From a virus (lineage: Duplodnaviria; Caudoviricetes), in IMG/VR virus record IMGVR_UViG_3300043384_000003, positions 1 through 47,334 of that record: 47,334 nt of DNA, one strand, 5' to 3'. The notes under the pieces are model-generated. The model saw nothing but the letters and a program-made list of their open reading frames with translations. It was not told where the DNA came from and ran no database searches. Position 1 is the stretch's first letter, and each line of letters starts with the position of its first letter. A program made the translations under genes and the position numbers. Of this stretch, positions 42,031 to 47,334 are shown in pieces.

Positions 42031-44472
42031 GTGACGTACAACGGAGATCGGCTCACAGCTCTGTCCGATGTCGACCCGACCAGCACCGTGGATGCCGCGC
42101 TTGCCTTCTCGGCGGCCGGCATCCCCGTGTTTCCGGTATGGGGAGTGATCCCGGACGGCGCGGGCGGATGGGTCTGCGCCTGCTCCCTGGGCAACTCCTC
42201 CACGGACGACGGCCACAAGCCGGGCAAGCACCCGGCCACGGCCCACGGGCACCTGGACGCCCAGCTGGTCACCCCGGACACGGCACGCAAGCAGTTCGTG
42301 GAGTCCGGAGCCAAGAACCTGGCCGTACCCACGGGTAACGGGCTGGTGGTCTTCGACTTCGACCCGAAGAACGGCGGAGGCGAGGTATACGACGACTGGG
42401 AGAACTGGACCGGAGGGATCAGCCTGCCTCCCACGCTGGTCTGCGAGACCGGTTCGGGCGGACTGCATCTCTGGTACCAGACGCCTGCTGGCGTGAACGT
42501 GGTGTCCCGCACCGCGACGCTCCCAGGGCTTGACGTCCAGTCCGGTGGTCGGTACGTCGTCGCTTCGTCATCACGTCACATCAGCGGCAACATGTACGCC
42601 TGGCGTGACCCTGAGCGCCCGGTCGCCACCATGACCGCCGATCTGATCTCCTGGCTGCTGGCCCGGCGTGGAGGCTTCGGACCGCAGGGCGCCGAGACGC
42701 CCGAAGACTTTGACGTGAAGAAGGGCTTCATCCAGGGGCAGCGGGACGCCTACGCGAACGCGAGAGCGTTTCAGCTCCGCAAGTCCGGTATCTCCCGCGA
42801 GCGTGCCGTGGCGGCGCTGCGCTCGGAGTGGGAGAAGGCGGAGCAGCCCCCGGACGACCCGTTCCCCTGGTCTGTCGTGCTGGAGAAGCTGGACCGCGTG
42901 TGGGGCAGCGTGGAGCCCGATCTCCCCGGGCACACCGCGCAGATGTGGGCGGCCGGCATCGCAGCATCCAGTGCCGGCATCGCCGCTGGACGCGAGCCGC
43001 TGCCCGCCACGCCGGAACAGGCGGATTTCTACGATGGCGACACGCCCCCGCCTGAGCCTCCGCGCGTCTTTCACGGTTTGGTAGTAGACCAGCCCCATCC
43101 GCTGGAGACGATGACCGAAGCCGGCAACAGCCTGCGATACGCCCGACTGTTCCGGGGACATGCCCTGTTCGTCCCGGAGATCAACCGGTGGCTGATGTGG
43201 AACGGGTCGGTATTCGCCCCGGATGTCCTCAATCACACGCTCGCCCTGACCGCGTTCGTGGCCGCTGACATCCGCGATCAGGTCTTGGCCGAGCCCGACG
43301 ACGCCCAGCGGCGGATGGGCGAACAGTGGGCGATGCGCTCGGAGGCGATGGGCGTGCGTACCGCCACGCGGGCCGGTGCGGCACTGCTGCCCGGCATGTC
43401 GGTGAAGGTCGCGGATCTGGACATGGACCCGATGATCTTGGCTGTGGAGAACGGCACTGTAGATCTCCGGTCCGGCAAGCTCCGCGACTCCAGCGCGTCC
43501 GACCTGTGCACCAAGCGCGCAGCTGTCGCCTTCGATCCGGACGCCAACTGCCCGCGCTGGCTGGATCACGTCAAGCTGGTGACCGGAGGCAACCCGGAGC
43601 TGACCGCCTACCTCCAGCGCGCGGCCGGGTACTCCCTGACCGGCCTGGTGGACGAACAGACGTTCTTCTTCCTGTTCGGAGACGGCGCCAACGGGAAGAA
43701 CGTCTTCACGGAGACGCTGCTCCACCTGCTGGGCGACTACGGCGCCATCGCGGCCCCTGGGCTGCTGACCACGGCCGAAGGCCACCCCACGGCTCTGGCG
43801 GACCTGCGCGGAGCGCGCATGGTGATGAGCGATGAGACCAAGGTGGGCGGCGTGTTCAACGACGCGCGGGTCAAGATGCTGACCGGCTCCACCTCGGTCA
43901 AGGCCAGGTACATGGGGAAGGACTTCTTCACGTACGAATCCACCATGAAGCTCTGGGTCCTGGGCAACGCCAAGCCGGTTATCCGCGACACGTCGGCCGG
44001 CATGTGGCGGCGCATGCAGCTGGTCCCGTTCACCCAGACCGTTCCGACCGACAGACGCATCCTGCGCTATGAGGAGCAGCTGCGGGAGGAGTGGCCGGGC
44101 ATCCTGAACTGGGCGCTGGCGGGCCTGGAGGCGTGGCAGGCGGTTGGCTCCCTGGGTGCGCCGACTGCGGTCACGGAGGCTGTGAAGACATACCGCGATG
44201 AGGAAGACAGCTTCGGGCAGTGGATGGCGGACCGCCTGGAGGACTGTCCCGGTGGTGAGCTGCCGGTGCCGCTGGCCTACCAGGATTACGTCACCTGGAT
44301 GGCGTTCCAGGGCTACCTGACGCGCGAGGTTATGAACAATGTTCACTTTGGCCGGGCGATGTCTACGCACGGTTACGACCGTGGCCGTACGAATCTACCG
44401 GCATCGATGGGTACGGACGGCAAGCGGAGCAAGATCCGGTTCTATAAAGGGGCTCGGCTGATCGGTTCGTAG
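42031..44472 (+). CDS. DNA primase/polymerase (Prim-Pol) fused to a D5/P4-type SF3 helicase
   Basis: 'VFP', 'CACS…GKHP', 'VFDFD', 'TGSGGLHLWY', 'GDGANGKN', 'MSDE', 'MWRR'. Confidence 0.92.
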   Translation: MTYNGDRLTALSDVDPTSTVDAALAFSAAGIPVFPVWGVIPDGAGGWVCACSLGNSSTDDGHKPGKHPATAHGHLDAQLVTPDTARKQFVESGAKNLAVPTGNGLVVFDFDPKNGGGEVYDDWENWTGGISLPPTLVCETGSGGLHLWYQTPAGVNVVSRTATLPGLDVQSGGRYVVASSSRHISGNMYAWRDPERPVATMTADLISWLLARRGGFGPQGAETPEDFDVKKGFIQGQRDAYANARAFQLRKSGISRERAVAALRSEWEKAEQPPDDPFPWSVVLEKLDRVWGSVEPDLPGHTAQMWAAGIAASSAGIAAGREPLPATPEQADFYDGDTPPPEPPRVFHGLVVDQPHPLETMTEAGNSLRYARLFRGHALFVPEINRWLMWNGSVFAPDVLNHTLALTAFVAADIRDQVLAEPDDAQRRMGEQWAMRSEAMGVRTATRAGAALLPGMSVKVADLDMDPMILAVENGTVDLRSGKLRDSSASDLCTKRAAVAFDPDANCPRWLDHVKLVTGGNPELTAYLQRAAGYSLTGLVDEQTFFFLFGDGANGKNVFTETLLHLLGDYGAIAAPGLLTTAEGHPTALADLRGARMVMSDETKVGGVFNDARVKMLTGSTSVKARYMGKDFFTYESTMKLWVLGNAKPVIRDTSAGMWRRMQLVPFTQTVPTDRRILRYEEQLREEWPGILNWALAGLEAWQAVGSLGAPTAVTEAVKTYRDEEDSFGQWMADRLEDCPGGELPVPLAYQDYVTWMAFQGYLTREVMNNVHFGRAMSTHGYDRGRTNLPASMGTDGKRSKIRFYKGARLIGS

Positions 44473-44896
44473 CGAGACCGGCAGTAGTGGTCCCACTCTG
44501 GTCGCACTGGTCTCCGAGTAACAGAACGATAACAACCGACCAGTTTAGTAGGGATTTAGCCTACCGGCAGGTAATTGCAGCGGCAAGTAAGTAAGATCAA
44601 CAAGTGAGACAGAGACCAGCAAGGTGAGACTGGCAGCTGACTTAGTGGTCTCCAAGATCAACAGAGTCCTGAACTGCTATTCTATTACTTATTTCTTTAC
44701 TGAGACTAGTAGAGACTAATAAATATAAGAATCATGTGTATACAAGGGCTCTACAATGTGTGTCCGTAATGCCCGTATTTACCCACAGCCTGTGGATAAC
44801 TTTTAGAGAAAAAATAATTCTGTTTCTATATGCCAGGGGATTGGGGAAGTTACTGGTCCACTGGTCCGCTGGTCTCACCTGATTGGAGACTCAGTA
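44473..44896. other. Putative replication origin
   Basis: Only long AT-rich non-coding tract; many GAGAC/TGGTC short repeats in both orientations; perfect DnaA box TGTGGATAA at 44791-44799; directly downstream of the primase-helicase. Confidence 0.7.
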
Positions 44897-45592
44897 ATGG
44901 GGCCGTCTTGGGCGGACTGGGCGGACGCCGCGAACGTCTCGCATCTGCTCGGGCCTGAAATCACGGAAAGTGAAGTCGGGGACTCCGGGATCAGGGTGGC
45001 GGACGATCCGGCGTTTGAGGGTCCGCATCGGCTGATGTGCCCGGCCGACAAGTTCCCGCTGTGCGGCAACGTCGCGGGCAAGGGAACGGATCATCCAGGC
45101 GTGGGACGATGTGCGTACCACGGCGGCAGAAGTTTGAAGGGCAGACGAGAGGCGGTCCTACTGATGGCCCACGCATTGGCTCGGCACCATGCCACCACTC
45201 CGTGGCAGGCGCTCCTGGATGAGGTCCAGCGGTGCGCTGGTGCCGTGGCGTGGCTGGACTGGAAGGTGGGCCAGGCTCCGGACGATGCGTCGCTCCTGTC
45301 GTCCGAACCTGGGGAGGGCTTCGCCCCCTGGGTCGCCATGCGCGAGCGCTACGAAGACCGGTTGGCCAAGGTCGCCAAGATGACCATGGACGCGGGTGTG
45401 GCGTCGGCTTTGGTAGCAAGGGCTGAGGTCTCGGGACAGGCGACCGCGCGGGTTCTGATGAACACCCTTGGCGCCCTGGGTCTGACCGATGACCAGATGG
45501 ATCTTGCCCGCACGGTGATGCGTCGGGAACTCCTTGCCATTGCGGCAGAGGAGGACGCTACAGTGATTGACGGTTTGATCGTCGAGAAGTGA
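44897..45592 (+). CDS. HGG-motif protein, probable terminase small subunit
   Basis: 'C…C…AGKGTDHPGVGRCAYHGG' followed by a helical C-terminus. Confidence 0.55.
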   Translation: MGPSWADWADAANVSHLLGPEITESEVGDSGIRVADDPAFEGPHRLMCPADKFPLCGNVAGKGTDHPGVGRCAYHGGRSLKGRREAVLLMAHALARHHATTPWQALLDEVQRCAGAVAWLDWKVGQAPDDASLLSSEPGEGFAPWVAMRERYEDRLAKVAKMTMDAGVASALVARAEVSGQATARVLMNTLGALGLTDDQMDLARTVMRRELLAIAAEEDATVIDGLIVEK

Positions 45593-45624
45593 CCTTGATG
45601 TAATGACGAAAGGATAAGAAGATC

Positions 45625-45813
45625 ATGTGGCTTTTCTGGATCGCTGCCTTCTTGCTCGGCGTGGATGGTCTTGACCGGTTGGACAAGAGTTTCAGCCACG
45701 GCATGACGGAGATCGGTATCGCCCTGGGCGTCGGCTTGATCGGTGTGGCTCTCCAGGTTTATGCCCGGACCACGCATCCGCGCGGCTGTGACTGCTCCGT
45801 CTGTGATGACTAA
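45625..45813 (+). CDS. Small membrane protein (62 aa)
   Basis: RBS aaagga; two hydrophobic segments; 'HPRGCDCSVC'. Confidence 0.65.
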   Translation: MWLFWIAAFLLGVDGLDRLDKSFSHGMTEIGIALGVGLIGVALQVYARTTHPRGCDCSVCDD

Positions 45814-45878
45814 CTGACGTTACGACGAAGCGACGCCATAATCACTCTTATGACGTTACGAGTTGAGGAGACGACGTT

Positions 45879-46055
45879 ATGCCGAAGAACGACGCGGACC
45901 CGATGCAGACCTATCGCCGCGTGCGATTCCATCTCGGGCTTTTCGTGGTGGTTAATCTTATTACGTGGCTTCTGTTCGGATTAGAGATCCTGGTCTGGTG
46001 GCCGATGCTCGGCGCCGTGTACCACATGGGTCGGGCGGAAGGGGCTTCGTCGTAA
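45879..46055 (+). CDS. 2TM-like small membrane protein (58 aa; not in the ORF track)
   Basis: RBS gaggag; MPKND…RFHLGLFVVVNLITWLL…WWPMLG…*. Confidence 0.65.
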   Translation: MPKNDADPMQTYRRVRFHLGLFVVVNLITWLLFGLEILVWWPMLGAVYHMGRAEGASS

Positions 46056-46315
46056 TGCCGAAGATCCCCGTTGACTGCCCGCTCTGCCAGGCGAGCACGG
46101 TCCTTGATTCGGACGGGGCCGTGACCGAGCCCGGTTACGCCCTACCGGCTGCCCTCATGGATCTTGGCTTCGGAGACGTCGTGGTGTACGAATCCGTTCC
46201 GCCCCGCATCGTGGCCGTCAACCTGGAGTGCGGTTGTCACGTGCGGACTCCGCCCTGGCTCCTGTGCTTCCCTGCCCCTGGAGTTCGGCCCTTCTTCCGG
46301 AAGGATGTGACATGA
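46055..46315 (+). CDS. Cys-containing hypothetical protein (86 aa)
   Basis: TAATG coupling; CPLC and CGCH motifs. Confidence 0.6.
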   Translation: MPKIPVDCPLCQASTVLDSDGAVTEPGYALPAALMDLGFGDVVVYESVPPRIVAVNLECGCHVRTPPWLLCFPAPGVRPFFRKDVT

Positions 46316-46470
46316 CGCCGAAGCTCAAGCGGGCGGACTGCGCGAACCGCGTGCCGTCCGTCGTTACTACCAACGCGGAAGGCGCGCGTCTCGGGCTCTG
46401 CCCCGACTGCGGACGAACCTTCAACGTGAAGCCGAAGGGCAAGGCTAGGCTTCCACTGCACACCACGTGA
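46312..46470 (+). CDS. Small Zn-ribbon protein (52 aa)
   Basis: ATGA coupling; C…CPDC…H. Confidence 0.6.
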   Translation: MTPKLKRADCANRVPSVVTTNAEGARLGLCPDCGRTFNVKPKGKARLPLHTT

Positions 46471-46477
46471 TGAGGAG

Positions 46478-46681
46478 ATGACGATGGACCCTGACGAGGC
46501 GCTGAAGCAGCTGCGCGAAGCTCTCGACGGAATGCATGGAGTCGGTGCGGCAACCGTTGGGACTGCCGGCTGGCTGGACGCCGTGGAAGATCTCGCGCGG
46601 GCGGCAGAGGCACTGGACACCTGGATGGCCAACGGCGGTTTCCTGCCGGCTGGCTGGATGATCCACCGGACGGCGGTCTGA
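46478..46681 (+). CDS. Hypothetical protein (MDP…LDxW..GGFLP..W type)
   Basis: RBS gaggag; the true start may be 46484. Confidence 0.7.
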   Translation: MTMDPDEALKQLREALDGMHGVGAATVGTAGWLDAVEDLARAAEALDTWMANGGFLPAGWMIHRTAV

Positions 46682-46682
46682 C

Positions 46683-47075
46683 ATGTACCGGAGCACGGAC
46701 CATTTCCTCCACGTGCTGCGGTCGACCTCACGGGCGCTGACCCAGACTCCGCCCCTGGGTCTGGCGGACTGGCGCACGAACGTGAACCTTCTTCTGACCG
46801 CAGCGGTAAACCTGGACGAAGCGCTGAGCCGTGGCGCGGACCTGCCTGCCCCCTGGGCGCAGATGCTCGCCACGCGCAAGCGGCGTAAGCGTGGACTGAC
46901 GCTCATCACGCGTCGGCCCAACCCGAAGGGCATGAACACGGAGGCGTGGTACGTCACGTGTCGGCTCTGTTCGTACGACGATCACCGTTATACCGTTGGC
47001 TTGACGATGGACTCCGCCGTTCGTCGTGCGTTGAGCCATCTCCAGATCTTCCACTCCATCGGCAGCGGACAGTAA
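46683..47075 (+). CDS. Hypothetical protein (130 aa), partial paralogue of the previous gene plus a C2H2-like end
   Basis: 'LDEALSRGADLPAPW', 'CRLC…HLQIFH'. Confidence 0.65.
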   Translation: MYRSTDHFLHVLRSTSRALTQTPPLGLADWRTNVNLLLTAAVNLDEALSRGADLPAPWAQMLATRKRRKRGLTLITRRPNPKGMNTEAWYVTCRLCSYDDHRYTVGLTMDSAVRRALSHLQIFHSIGSGQ

Positions 47076-47087
47076 GGAGAGTTAACC

Positions 47088-47285
47088 GTGGGACGCTATC
47101 GCAAGCCGGGCGCAACTACGCGCAAGCGGCGCAACCATCTGGACCGCGTGGAGCGGGAGGCTCGCCTGGATGACATCGCGCGTGACTACCACTGGGGCAC
47201 CGACCCAGGGCATGGCGGACTGACCAAGCACAACGGTTCGGCACAGGACTGCTCCAGCCCGGACGCGGACCAGTGCGTGGAATGA
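47088..47285 (+). CDS. Hypothetical protein (65 aa)
   Basis: RBS aaggag before GTG. Confidence 0.55.
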   Translation: MGRYRKPGATTRKRRNHLDRVEREARLDDIARDYHWGTDPGHGGLTKHNGSAQDCSSPDADQCVE

Positions 47286-47334
47286 ACCCCGGTCAGTTCA
47301 CGGTCCGGCTCACCCGCGCGGAGGCAGACCTTCG
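47282..47334 (+). CDS. Start of the next gene (partial)
   Basis: ATGA overlap; open to the window end. Confidence 0.4.
   Translation, partial: MNPGQFTVRLTRAEADL

Overview
This window is most of a high-GC actinobacteriophage (siphovirus-type) genome, probably infecting a Streptomyces-like actinomycete (inferred from GC content, WhiB and gene content). The rightward virion arm (163-22905) encodes portal, a MuF-kinase-ADP-ribosyltransferase fusion, a 2H-phosphoesterase/prohead-protease fusion, two capsid proteins, tail genes with a -1 frameshift chaperone, the tape measure protein and minor tail proteins. It is followed by an operon of three glycosyltransferases and two methyltransferases (22932-26529). 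The mostly leftward arm (26526-41893) carries an orphan HicA-like gene, WhiB, DUF2786, DUF932, a sugar epimerase, SSB, AAA ATPase, exonuclease, SNF2 helicase, RuvC-like resolvase, DUF3310 and PolA. A primase-helicase, an AT-rich origin and small rightward genes close the window. No terminase large subunit, endolysin, integrase or repressor was recognised, so the genome is probably incomplete here. The most unusual element is a ~1.4 kb leftward unit with no credible ORF (40044-41470). It has its own promoter and terminator and contains a Y-RNA-like stem, four or five tRNA-shaped RNAs with intact acceptor/T arms but abnormal anticodon arms, and further multibranch structures. All protein and RNA family calls come from motifs recognised by eye, not from database searches.
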